DNA from: Eledone cirrhosa
Lineage: Eukaryota
Reading direction: 5' to 3'
Assembly (NCBI GenBank): GCA_964016885.1
Contig: OZ024757.1
Location: 18,042,001-18,106,000, forward strand
DNA length: 64,000 nucleotides
Shown: piece by piece, positions 27,401 through 40,480 of the stretch
Position numbering within the stretch: position 1 is the first letter of the stretch
How the letters are laid out: the number at the start of each line of letters is the position of its first letter
Notes under the pieces: model-generated
What the model was told of the DNA's origin: nothing
Database searches by the model: none
The model's input: only the letters and a program-made list of their open reading frames with translations
Program-made: the position numbers and the translations under genes

Positions 27401-27534
27401 ATAGATAGATAGATAGATAGATAGATGGATAGATAGATAGATAGATAGATAAAATCAATATATGGAAAAGACGAGTTTATGAAAAAAGAGAAGCAATGAG
27501 ATTAGAAAGAACAAGACTAGCAATTTGAAAGGAA

Positions 27535-27690
27535 AATCGATAGTCGATTACATCTATCCCAGTGTGTTGCTGGTGCTTTATTTTATCGATCTCGTATGGA
27601 TGAATGACAAAGCTAACTTCGGTGTGATTTGAACCCAGAACGTAAATGGCTGTAGCTAAATACCACACAACATTCTATCCGACAACCTCA
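27535..27690 (-). mobile_element. Diverged SINE
   Basis: ctttattttatcgatctcgtatggatgaatgacaaagctaac..atttgaacccaga. Confidence 0.75.
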
Positions 27691-28303
27691 CAATCGGTAA
27701 AGACATAATTGTGGAGCGAACCTCTTAATACATAATCTCAAAAAACACAGTAGCCATGTCTATGCGAATGTCAGCAAAAAGTTTAAGAAACCAAGAATGG
27801 ATAGGTAGATAAATAAATATATAACAGTCAAAAGAGAGAAAAGACAAGTTTATAAGAAAACAGGAGCAATGGAATTAGAAATAATAATGAAGCGTCTTTC
27901 AATATTTAACGACTTCATGTTTCTGCAGAATTGGCACTTTCCTCTGTGCTTCATTACTAATTCCATTGCTTGTCTTTTGAAAGCATAATTAAACTTTGTT
28001 AGTTAAAATTGCGTCACAAGAGAAAAGCTCATTTAAGTTTTAACTTTTAACAACAGCAATGAAAACCTCACCAATTCTCTGAGAGGAAAACAAACTTTCT
28101 TCTGTTTTATTCTTGCAAGAACAAAATGTTATACCATCCGCCATATTAGTTCTGTGATGTCATCTAATGTTTATTTCAACACCTCTCCTGTATTTTTATT
28201 GCCATCTTTTTTTGTTTAACGTGTGTGTGTGTGTCTATGTATATATGTGTGCGTGCGTGCGTATGTGTGTGTGTGTGCGCTCAGTGTATGTGTGTGTGTA
28301 TGT

Positions 28304-28388
<85 letters not shown>

Positions 28389-28516
28389 CACGTCAATGGA
28401 GGTTTTACTTCAAATAAAAAAGCCAAATTTAGAATTCTGTTTGTCTATCATTATTGTGATAATTAATTATTTTTCTATTACCTACAAGATCTTCTGTGTC
28501 TGAAAAATAACCATAT

Positions 28517-28551
<35 letters not shown>

Positions 28552-28924
28552 GATATATGTATATATGTATGTGTATAGGTATATATGTTTGTATACAAGT
28601 ATGAATGTGCATATATATATAGAGATATATATATGTATGTGTATAGGTATATATATTTGTATTTATCTTTGTACGTGCATATATATTTTCTTATTTTACG
28701 TCTTTTATATATATTTATATATATATATATTTATATATATATATATATATATTTATTAGTGGGAGAGGGAAAGCGAGATATAGAAAGGTATTTCAATACA
28801 TGTAGTTATAAATATATTTATTGAAGTATGTATGTATTAGAGGCTATTCTATACACATGTGCTCTTGTGTCTAGATTTACCATTATATACATATATGAGT
28901 ATATATAAATGTATGTATATATAT

Positions 28925-28967
<43 letters not shown>

Positions 28968-29331
28968 TTTATGTGTGTATGTATGTATACAAGTATGTAT
29001 GCATGTATTGACAGAAGGTAATTTATCATACCTATACCAGCATGTATATATCTATGTAATATGTATCAGGTATATGCGCAAGTATGTATGTATGTATGTA
29101 TGTATGTATGTATGTAGGTAGGTGTAGATATAGATGTATATATGTCTGTATGCAGCTATGTGTATGTATGTAAGTATATATGTCTGTATGTAGGTAGGTA
29201 TATGTATGTATGTGTGTATGTATGTAAGTATATATGTCTGTATGTAGGTAGGTATATGTATGTATGTATGTATGAAATTATATATGTCTGTATGTCTGTA
29301 TGTAGGTAGGTAAATATGTATAAATGTATGT

Positions 29332-29366
<35 letters not shown>

Positions 29367-29744
29367 TGTGTATATATATGTATGTATGTATGTAGGTAAA
29401 GTTGTGTATAGGCAATCTACCATTATATACATATACAATTGTCTCTTTATGATGTTCATTACTTAAAAAACCACCTTGATCTTCCACTCATGTCAAAATA
29501 TTGTTGCAACACACACACACACACACAACCACACAGACAGACACACACACACACACATAACCACACAGACAGACACACACGCAGACACACACACAGATAC
29601 AGACACACACACTCGCAGACGCACACATCCATACATAAACGCTAGTGTAGTGTATCAATGAGAGAATGAAATAGTATATTTTTAATTTAAACTGAATTCT
29701 TCATATCGTATCAGTATAGAATGTGATCGTCAAGTGAAGAAGAA

Positions 29745-30900
29745 GAAGATCATCATCATCATCATCCTCCTCATCCTCCTCCTCCTCCGGCCGCCTCAGC
29801 CGGAATGGACTCAACAATTGATCTCCACGTGGGTCTGTCGTTCATTGCCAAGTCCATTTCAATACCAGAATCTCTGGAGATGACATCGGGACAAGAGAGC
29901 CTGCGCCCCTCCACCCCCCTGTTATTAGTGACTGCTTGTGGTTTCCAAAGCACTAATAAGGGCAAGGCATCATAGGTGGCACGATGGCAGTGGCCAGGAA
30001 ATCTTACTCTCCTTTAGTGTACAACAGATATGCGTGGGAGGCCGGCATATCTCTCACTCAAAGTCAGATGTCGCTAGCTTAAGTTTTAAATGCGTTGAAG
30101 CAGTCGAGTGTAGGTGGCATCAAAGTGCTTTTGTTGTTTGGATGAAAGCGTCCATGTTTCATTTCCATATGGCAAGATTGGTCGAATTGTTACTTGGAAG
30201 AGTCTGAGTGTGTTGCAAGCTGACCATGCTTGATGCTTTCTGGTGGCGAAATCCTTCTCAGAGTCCATGATCCAGGTCCGAAGGTACTTGAAATCCTCGA
30301 CTTGCTTGATATTACTGCAGTTGATTGCTTTAATGTTGTTACATGTACAGTTTGATATGGACTCTGTTTTACCCTCGATGAGATGAAGGCCAATGAGGGC
30401 GGCTGCGCATTTTGTAGGCAATCTGCAGGAAGTGCAAAGTCATCCACAAAGTCAAGGTCAGTGAGATGTTTAGAGGGTTGACTTGCGCTCATGCGGGCTT
30501 TGATGGTTATACCTTTGTTATTGATTTTGTCAATTGAGAGTCTCAGGGCGTAGTCTGATATAATGATAAAGAGGAATGGGGTAAGAGTGTCACCCTGCAG
30601 TACTCCTGCTGAGATGTCAAAGAACTCTGTTGGGCCATCAGGGGTGATGATAGTGGCACTTGTGTTGAGATACAGTGCCTTAATTGCTTCCACAAGTCTT
30701 GCTGGGATGCCATACAAGGGTAGAATTTCAAACAGGATGTCTCTAGAAAAGCTTTTAACAGCCAAAACAAAGTCAGCAAAAACTAGAGCAATTTCTCCGT
30801 TGGAGTTCCTCATCTCTTCCACTTCTCTTCTCAAGGCCCAAACCTGTGCAAGTGTAGATCTACCACGCATAAAACCGTTTGGTTGATGCGAAGGATTGGA
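29745..30900 (-). pseudogene. 5'-truncated RTE-clade LINE (RT) with (GGA)/(GAT) tail
   Basis: GRST, YGIP, IITPDGPTEFFDISAGVLQGDTLTPFLFII, LDFVDDFAL, VEDFKYL, MNDRPTWR; simple-repeat tail at 29748-29787. Confidence 0.9.
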
Positions 30901-31264
30901 TCAACATACGTGACGCAATTTGCAGCGATTAGCGACCTCTAGACTCACCTGATCAATGAAACAATTGTTAATACCTGAAATAAAGCCCCTTGTTGTACAG
31001 CCAACCATGTTACTCTTCATTCTGTCACTATTATTACTCCAAGTATAACCTACATAGGAATTACCGCGAACTCGCTGCTTAACTATGGAAACATCTTGTA
31101 GAATCAAACAAAGCCGTACGTTAAAACTATCCACGACACAGAGTACTCACAACCTCTAACTGGATTACCTATAACGATAACTTGTTACACCATATACTTA
31201 TATATATATATATATATACATATATGTATATATACATATATGTATACATATATGTATATATACA

Positions 31265-31351
<87 letters not shown>

Positions 31352-31358
31352 GTATATA

Positions 31359-31429
<71 letters not shown>

Positions 31430-31436
31430 GTATATA

Positions 31437-31499
<63 letters not shown>

Positions 31500-31530
31500 G
31501 TATATATATATGTATATATATATGTATATA

Positions 31531-31577
<47 letters not shown>

Positions 31578-31855
31578 GTATATATATATGTATATATATA
31601 TGTATATATATATGTATATATATATGTATATATATATGTATATATATATATATATATGTATATATATGTATATATATATATATAAATATTTAATACATTA
31701 ACAGAGAAAGCTTTAAGCGATACTCTGACCAACTCCATCTCAGTCAACAAACATTAGGATATACCTAAGTATAATCCCAATTAAGTGTTTGGGGTGCTAA
31801 CTATATAGTATTCCGTCGAAAGCTGCTTGTATTATTCTAAGTGACATAATTAAAT

Positions 31856-31886
<31 letters not shown>

Positions 31887-31890
31887 AATA

Positions 31891-32391
31891 TATCAAAATA
31901 AAAATCCGAAGGCAAGGTAAAATTCCCATCATTTAATCACGACACATGTTTCAATAAGAGATAGATCGATTGTGAAGCCATGATCGATTATCACTGATCT
32001 CATCATTGAAAATGAATTGTCTTCAAATTCTTGATATGAGGGAGAAAAATACCGATCTTCTCTCACAGAATTCATTCCTTCAATTCTGTGAGAGAATATC
32101 GTTATTTTTCTCCCTCATATCAAGAATTTGAAGACAATTCATTTTCACCTGATGAAATCAGTGATAATCGATCATGGCTTCACAATCGACATATCTCTTA
32201 TTGAAACATGTGTCGTGATTAAATGATTGGAATTTTACCTTGCCTTCGGATTTTCATTTTGATACTTATACTCCGTTTTATATCATCTAGCTATTCCCTT
32301 GAAGATATTGGAGATATACAAAAGCGTGGAAAACTTAATATTGCTAACATAAAGTTATTGGACCATTTTACACAACCAATAATGACCATAC
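31891..32391 (+). mobile_element. Fold-back PLE mini-element, family C, with hammerhead
   Basis: Arms 31891-32072 and 32082-32264, 9 nt loop, 127 bp tail; tcac CTGATGA (32149)..GAAA catgtg TC gtga; (TA)n flanks. Confidence 0.85.
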
Positions 32392-32689
32392 TATATATAT
32401 AAATATACATATATATAAATATAAATATAAATAAATAGATATATAAATATATATATGTATATAAATAAATATATATATAAATAAATATATATAAATAAAT
32501 ATAAATAAATATATATACAAATAAATATATATATATAAATAAATATATATATAAATATATATATATATAAAATGTAAATATATAAATAAATATATATATA
32601 TATAAATAAATATATATATATATATACATAAATATATATATATACATTAATATATATATATATATATACATAAATAAATATATAGATAA

Positions 32690-32896
<207 letters not shown>

Positions 32897-32915
32897 AATA
32901 TATATATATATAAAT

Positions 32916-33030
<115 letters not shown>

Positions 33031-33091
33031 AATATATATAAATATATATAAATAAATATATATAAATATATAAATAAATATATATATATAT

Positions 33092-33520
33092 ATACGATAT
33101 TAATAAATGGAAACTATATTTATAAAACCATGTTCATTTCATTATACATATTTCAGGGATACCACATTAAATTATGGTATGTCTTCATCAGACAAAATAC
33201 AATATATAACAGTTTTACAAATAGGTTTGACGTACCCTTTAAAATACAACCATTACAGCCTCCAAAAGTAATGGTTGTATTTTAAAGGGTGCGTCAAACC
33301 TATTTGTAAAACTGTTATATATTGTATTTTGTCTGATGAAGGCATACCATAATTTAATGTGGTATCCCTGAAATATGTATAATGAAATAAATATGGTTTT
33401 ATAAATATAGTTTCCATTTATTAATATCGTATAGCTACTCCAAAAATTTGTCGAGTGCTTTATATCAGTTATAAAAATAATTACTTCTTGTATCCCAACA
33501 AATTAAATAGAACTTTTGCA
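33092..33520 (+). mobile_element. Fold-back PLE mini-element, family A, hammerhead motif on both arms
   Basis: Arms about 33092-33256 and 33268-33432, 11 nt loop, 88 bp tail; CTGATGA at 33333 and tcatcag on the left arm. Confidence 0.85.
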
Positions 33521-33524
33521 TATA

Positions 33525-33571
<47 letters not shown>

Positions 33572-33611
33572 CGAAACATAAGTCAATTGCATGAACTCAT
33601 AATCCTTTATT

Positions 33612-33669
33612 TACTGCTATATATATTTCGATGATTGCCATTGAATGGCTATGACCTCATCAGGCAGTT
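33612..33669 (-). ncRNA. Minimal type I hammerhead ribozyme in a 160 bp (TA)n-flanked insert
   Basis: Minus strand: actgc CTGATGA ggtcatagccattcaatggcaatcatc GAAA tatata TA gcagt, then aaataaa. Confidence 0.75.
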
Positions 33670-33744
33670 AGTGAGTTCTTAGATATGCCAGCTCTGTGTT
33701 TATGGTGTTGATGGTATCAGAGCTTTTTATATATATATAGATAA

Positions 33745-33787
<43 letters not shown>

Positions 33788-34054
33788 GATATATATATAT
33801 AAATAAATAGATATATATATATAAATAAATAGATATATATATATAAATAGATATATATATATAAATAAATAGATATATATATATAAATAAATAGATATAT
33901 ATATATATAAATAAATATATATATATATATAAATAAATATATATATATATAAATAAATATATATATATATAAATAAATATATATATATATATAAATAAAT
34001 ACATATATATATAAATAAATATATATATATATAAATAAATATATATATATATAA

Positions 34055-34093
<39 letters not shown>

Positions 34094-34331
34094 TATATAT
34101 ATATATATAAATAAATATATATATATATATATAAATAAATATATATATATATATAAATAAATATATATATATATATAAATAAATATATATATATATATAA
34201 ATAAATATATATATATATATATATAAATAAATATATATATATATATATAAATAAATAAATATATATATATATATAAATAAATATATATATATATATAAAT
34301 AAATGTATATATATATATATATAAATAAACG

Positions 34332-34363
<32 letters not shown>

Positions 34364-34615
34364 TATATATATATATGAATAAATATATATATATATATAA
34401 ATAAATATATATATATATATGAATAAATATATATATATATATGAATAAATATATATATAAATATATATATATATATAAATATATATAAATAAATAAATAT
34501 ATATATATATATAAATAAATATATATATATAAATAAATATATATATATAAATAAATATATAAATATATATATAAACAAACCGAGGTTTGGATTCTTCGGA
34601 GCAATTTATTAATGC

Positions 34616-35170
34616 ATGGACAGTTATATGACCTCCTTTTCAGCCGAGAGACATACCAATACATATTCAAACATTGATACATATTCAAACATTGTGGGTC
34701 AACATTCATTACAGAACCAGCGGACTAACGCACAGAATAATTGTAACTGTAGAGCTAATAGAACCTGCCCTTTAGATAAAAAATGCCTAACCAAGGATGT
34801 CATATACTCATGCACAGTCACGACTAATAACTCTTCAGAAACCTATGTAGGCTCCACTTCTAACTGCTTCAAAATCAGATATAACTCGCACATCCACTCG
34901 TTCAAAAAGCACAGCCTAGCCAACTCCACCTCACTTTCTAGCTACATACACTATCTAAAATCTAAAAATAAACCATACACACTCAAATGGGAAGTGATAG
35001 GCAGCGCGACCTCGTACAAACCACCTAATAAATTCTGTAACCTCTGTATACTAGAGACACACAATATTATCTTCTCCAACCGTAACCTACTTAACAAAAA
35101 ATCTGAGGTGTTTGCAACTTGCCAGCACCGCCTCAGACATTCCTTCCAAAACTTTAAGCCCTATATATAG
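34616..35170 (+). CDS. PLE GIY-YIG endonuclease domain (184 aa; first ~33 codons come from the inverted pLTR)
   Basis: CNCR..CPL..C..VIY..TYVGST..FKIRY..H..LS.Y..LK..W..CNLCILE..LLNKKSE..C.H. Confidence 0.85.
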   Translation: MDSYMTSFSAERHTNTYSNIDTYSNIVGQHSLQNQRTNAQNNCNCRANRTCPLDKKCLTKDVIYSCTVTTNNSSETYVGSTSNCFKIRYNSHIHSFKKHSLANSTSLSSYIHYLKSKNKPYTLKWEVIGSATSYKPPNKFCNLCILETHNIIFSNRNLLNKKSEVFATCQHRLRHSFQNFKPYI

Positions 35171-36613
35171 CAATGTCAGACTGGAACCTAACACCACATC
35201 TAGCATCAAACACCAGAGACACACCCTATACTACATACCCAACACTAGCTGATCCATTATAACACAAACAACGACATCCCTCTGGAACCCTTCGCAGGGA
35301 AAATACCCATTTATACCTCTACGGCAGGTGTGACAACATCCACCCACTTGGACGGCACTACACCGCTCTAAGGGTAATTTGAGCATGAATTGATCGGTTG
35401 GATGTTGTTGGGCAGAGGAAACACCTTCCTTAGACAGATGTAAAATGATTTAATCGAGTAGCGCTGTTGACCAGTAGGACCGGGCTGCTGAGCGCAGTGA
35501 GTGAATGCAATGCAACTGCCGTGCGGGTTGTACGTATATGGATGATCTGACGGTCAGAGAGGGGTCGCGAGGACTGCGGATTGACCTTTGGCCTGCCTGG
35601 GGACGATTATCTTTCGACATCCAATGTAGCAAGCGATGACCCAGATCTTACCAGAGATCATTGGGTCCTGAAGCAATCCTGCAATCACCGCGCCTGGTCA
35701 TATGAGCAGACTACAACCACAGAGACCATTAATTTAGAATCCTCGCTCATCATCTATAATTTCCATTTGTAGCACCTTAAGATGGGTTAATCCACCTTAA
35801 TAATAATATGATCACCTTCAGCATAATCTAGTTAAACTACTCTATAGTTAGTACACCTTATGCTTTAAAAGTCTCTCTTGGAAGGTGCACCTCACCATAA
35901 AATTTAGGGTCTATATTGGGACACATTTTAATGGCTAGATATAGAAACCCCAGAGTTACCTCCCCGCATGCATTAACTCCCCTTAGCCACACACACACTT
36001 CCGGTATTCAATGGCGTTTCTCGAAACGTAACAACCTCCTGTATCGAACTAAAGAACACCAGACTACGATATCTAACTGGATTGTCGTGGATTATGTGAA
36101 AGGCATATAATCGAAATATACACTCCCTTGACCATGAAAATGCCGGAGTACATGAATTACTTGACATCCCTGCGCTGTGCATCTCCAATACTTATAACAC
36201 TTTTAATGCTTGCACTATCTTTAATGCTTATAATATTTCTCCACACACAGACTATATCAATCATATAAAGACTTTGCCACCAGATCTACCAACCTAACAC
36301 TCTTATTTACCTACCTAAGTGCCTCTACCACACATATCTCTCTGCCACACTATATAAACAAGACGCACATGCGTGCCACACATATAACATTTGCACTATA
36401 TAACCACTTATCTTCATGTTGTACTTTAACCTATATCTTTGACTTTTGATTGTACCTATTAATATAAATGTAATCTCGAAGTGTGTACTGCCACTCTAAA
36501 TTCTGTAATGAATGTTGACCCACAATGTTTGAATATGTATCAATGTTTGAATATGTATTGGTATGTCTCTCGGCTGAAAAGGAGGTCATATAACTGTCCA
36601 TGCATTAATAAAT

Positions 36614-36660
36614 TGCTCCGAAGAATCCAAACCTCGGTTTGGAGGAAACAGCTGTAAGCA
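36614..36660 (+). ncRNA. Minimal type I hammerhead with variant core (CCGAAGA)
   Basis: tgct CCGAAGA a tccaaac ctcg gtttgga g GAAA cagctg TA agca; palindromic stem III acagctgt. Confidence 0.65.
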
Positions 36661-37233
36661 CAATAATGTTTTGAACAGTTCTTTGATTCTTATATTTCAT
36701 ATAACTGCTCTGTAAATCATCTGATGTTTTTACATTGAGCTACTTAACTTACTGGTAATAAGGTAGTAATACATTACTGCCTACCACTATTTAGGGTGTG
36801 TGTAAAATACTTACAACTGCTTAAGGTTTTGTGTTTACATAACCATAAATAGTATAACTAATACTATATAAACAAATATATATCTAAATATATATATAAA
36901 TAAATATATATATAAATATATATATATATAAATAAATAAATATATAAATATATATATAAATAAATATATATATAAATATATATATATATATAAATAAATA
37001 AATAAATATATATATAAATAAATATATACATAAATATATACATATATATATAAATATATATATATATAAATATATATAAATATATATATATAAATATATA
37101 TATATAAATATATATATATAAATATATATATAAATATATATATATAAATATATATATATAAATATATATATATAAATATATATATATAAATATATATATA
37201 AATATATATATATATATAAATATATATATATAA

Positions 37234-37268
<35 letters not shown>

Positions 37269-37269
37269 A

Positions 37270-37302
<33 letters not shown>

Positions 37303-37303
37303 A

Positions 37304-37336
<33 letters not shown>

Positions 37337-37353
37337 AATATATATATAAATAT

Positions 37354-37490
<137 letters not shown>

Positions 37491-37860
37491 TATATAAATA
37501 TATATATATATATTTACATATATATTTATATATACATTTATTTATATATTACATGACCCTCCCAAAGTATAACAATATATATATAAATATATATATAAAA
37601 GATACATATAAATAAATATATATATATATAATATATATATATATATACATATACATTGTGGTAGGCCACTGGGAGGTTATACGCGTAGAAAGCAGAGCAC
37701 TCGGTCCATGGGACGAATTCGGTAAGAGTGAGCTCCTCAACAGTTAGTTAAACATTTTCAGTTGAAAATCTGCAAGGTGAAACACCCGCCCTCGAATATG
37801 GTTTGCTAACTGTTGTGGAACCAACGTGTATGTATATACATACACATATATATATATATA

Positions 37861-38010
37861 CTTCTGAAGATCCCGTTAAGGTTGAAAGCAGCGATTCTTT
37901 GCTTAAACTTTAATCTGTCATTTTAAGAAATTTTTGCTCTAGGGTTCTTATATATTTATCCTTATCGATCTCTCTTTGGATTTTAGTCTTCGCTTTTATT
38001 ATTATTACTA
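37861..38010 (+). mobile_element. Family D terminus (solo arm plus tail)
   Basis: CTGAAGA tcccgttaaggtt GAAA gcagcg..; homologous to 39011-39222. Confidence 0.7.
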
Positions 38011-38308
38011 TATATATATATATAGTGTGTGTGTGAGAGAGAAGAAGAGGGGGAGAGAGAGAGAGAGAATGTCTATTTTGATCAGTACACTTAATATCGA
38101 TCGTATTATCTGCAAATACACAGGCCAACACAAGTGCTAAAAATAGCTCATCGTTACGTCCTGAAGCTAACTCAACTAAATTAAATTGAAAAAAAAAAAC
38201 GTCTTTTTAGAAGCAGTAAAACAATAAAACATCAATAAATATTGCGTGGATAAAATATATCGGAGATGATACCTGTGTCACTCTCTCTCTCATATTATAT
38301 ACATATAA

Positions 38309-38498
38309 AGGGCGGTGAATTGGCAGTATCGGTAGAGGGTTGGACGCCATGCTTTGACGCATAGAGTTACGGCCCTTGCCATTCTGAGTTCAAATCCCGC
38401 CGAGGTTAACTTTGCCTTTCATCCTTACGGGGTCGATAAAATAAAGTACCAGTAATGTACTGGGTAATTGCTGGCCGTGTGCCAAAAGTAGAAACAAT

Positions 38499-38499
<1 letters not shown>
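38309..38499 (+). mobile_element. tRNA-derived SINE
   Basis: Full copy, A/B boxes intact. Confidence 0.9.
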
Positions 38500-38529
<30 letters not shown>

Positions 38530-38567
38530 GTACAATGTCAAAACGATCGGGAAGTAAGCCAATGAAC

Positions 38568-38599
<32 letters not shown>

Positions 38600-38603
<4 letters not shown>

Positions 38604-38985
38604 TAAAAAAGACAACACAGGTAAGCATTAAGAAAATGATTTTATCCAGGTATTTACGACCGTTTCATTGGTAAGTGCAACCTTATATTGTCATACTGCA
38701 AATAGCAGCCACTCAATGATAATTGTTGTTCACGTCCAAATTTTCAAAATAGTGATATTAGTATAGCACTATAAGGTTGCACTTAGCAATGAAACGGTCG
38801 TAAATACCTGGATAAAATCCTTTTCTTAATGCTTACCTGTGTTTTCTCTTTTATACTCCAAGATTGAACGGAATTCTTACAAACTTGAGGAGTTACTCCT
38901 AACCGTACGTTGAAACCGTCCCATTAAACTGGCTTTCTTAACCACGAACTGGATCACAATAAGCAATTTCCTGCTTCCATAACTA
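38600..38985 (+). mobile_element. Fold-back mini-element, family E
   Basis: Arms about 38600-38697 and 38760-38857, tail to 38985; GAAAcggtcgTA hammerhead 3' half; (TA)n flanks. Confidence 0.75.
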
Positions 38986-39010
38986 TATTTATATATATAT
39001 ATATATATAT

Positions 39011-39222
39011 AGTAATAATAATAAAATTGAAGACTAAAATCCAAAGAGGGCTCGATAAGGAAAATATATATCAAATATATAAGAACCGTAGAGCAAATAT
39101 TTATTAAAATAACAGATTAAAGTTTAAGCAAAGAATCGCTGCTTTCACCCTTCAGAAGATCCCGTTAAGGGTGAAAGCAGCGATTCTTTGCTTAAACTTT
39201 AATCTGTTATTTTAATAAATAT
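39011..39222 (-). mobile_element. Fold-back mini-element, family D (tail on the left)
   Basis: 56 bp arms 39097-39152 and 39167-39222, 14 nt loop; (TA)n flanks. Confidence 0.8.
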
Positions 39223-40039
39223 ATATATATATATATATATATATCCGTATTAGGTTGACGGCTGTGAGAAAAGAGTAGAGTTTTAATATTCATTTTATTA
39301 AGGCTAAATTGTGAGTCCTGTTACTCTAGAATTTCGCTTGTCTTCAGAGTAATGGCCCTGTGATAAACAGACAAAACTCCAGTGTAACAAGACTTAATAT
39401 TTACCCTTAATAAAATGAATATATGTGTGTGTGTGTGTGAGAGAGAGAGAAAGAGGGAGCGAGAAAGAAAGAGAGATAGTGTGTGTGTGTTTCACACGTT
39501 TACACACGGTCACCTTAAAACGTTTTGTGCGCAATTCCTAATATACAAATGCAAACACCCCGTACAACCCCCCCCCCCCCCCCCCCACTGTTTTTTTTCT
39601 AACACCCACATCTCCCTCTCCTCTTTGGTGTCTATTCCCACTCCAGCACCCAACCTTCTCTCTATTCTGTCATCCTCCCTCTCCCCATCCCCCCTGTATG
39701 TCTATTATATCAGCCCCCCTCTCCCCTCCGCCGGTATGTCTTTTCTATCAACCTCCCGCCGCTGCATCACCCAACCTTGAATCTATTCTGTTAACCACCA
39801 CCCTCCAGCACCCAACATTCTCTCTATCCTATCACCCCCCCCCCTCTCCCTTCCCCCGGTATGTCTATTCTATCACCCTCCCTCTCGCCACACACACCCC
39901 ACACTGAATCTATTATCGTCAAAAATTAATTTTCCATTAATCAGTGAATGATTTAAAGCGAGCCAATGTTTAAGTAGACAATCATTTCAATGTATTCTTC
40001 TCGCACATCAACCAGGGACGACCTATCTGTGAGACATGT

Positions 40040-40040
40040 A

Positions 40041-40103
<63 letters not shown>

Positions 40104-40348
40104 GTGAGTGAGAGAGAATGAGAGAGAGAGAGAGAAAGAGAGTGAGAGAGAGTGAGAGATAGAGTGATAGAGAGAGAAAGTGAGAGAGTGAGGGAGAGAG
40201 ACAAAGGAATGAGGGAGATCCTGAGCAAGATACGTAATATATATATATATATATATATATACAGAAGGAGCGAGAGAGAGAGAGAAAGAGAGAGTGAGAG
40301 AGAGAGTGAGAGAGACAAAGGAATGAGGGAGATGCTGAGCCAGATACG

Positions 40349-40390
<42 letters not shown>

Positions 40391-40480
40391 CAGAAGGAGC
40401 GAGAGAGAGAGAGAGAGAGTGAGCGAGTGAGAGAGAGTGAGAGAGACAGGAGTCAGAGAGATGCTGAGTCAGATAAACAC
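40040..40480. repeat. About 3 tandem composite units (GA tract, unique linker, TA tract)
   Basis: gacaaaggaatgagggagat.ctgagc.agatacgtaat and acagaaggagcgag recur about every 125 bp. Confidence 0.8.

Larger units (their letters stand above)
34577..36865 (+). mobile_element. 5'-truncated Penelope-like element with inverted 5' pLTR, GIY-YIG ORF, long 3' region, hammerhead and tail
   Basis: 140 bp inverted repeat 34577-34716 / 36501-36640; GIY-YIG ORF; hammerhead 36614-36660; (TA)n flanks. Confidence 0.9.

Noticed and set aside
39319-39352. Minus-strand ttact CTGAAGA caagc GAAA..agtaa
   Set aside because: There is no stem II and the cleavage position would be G; at best a decayed motif.
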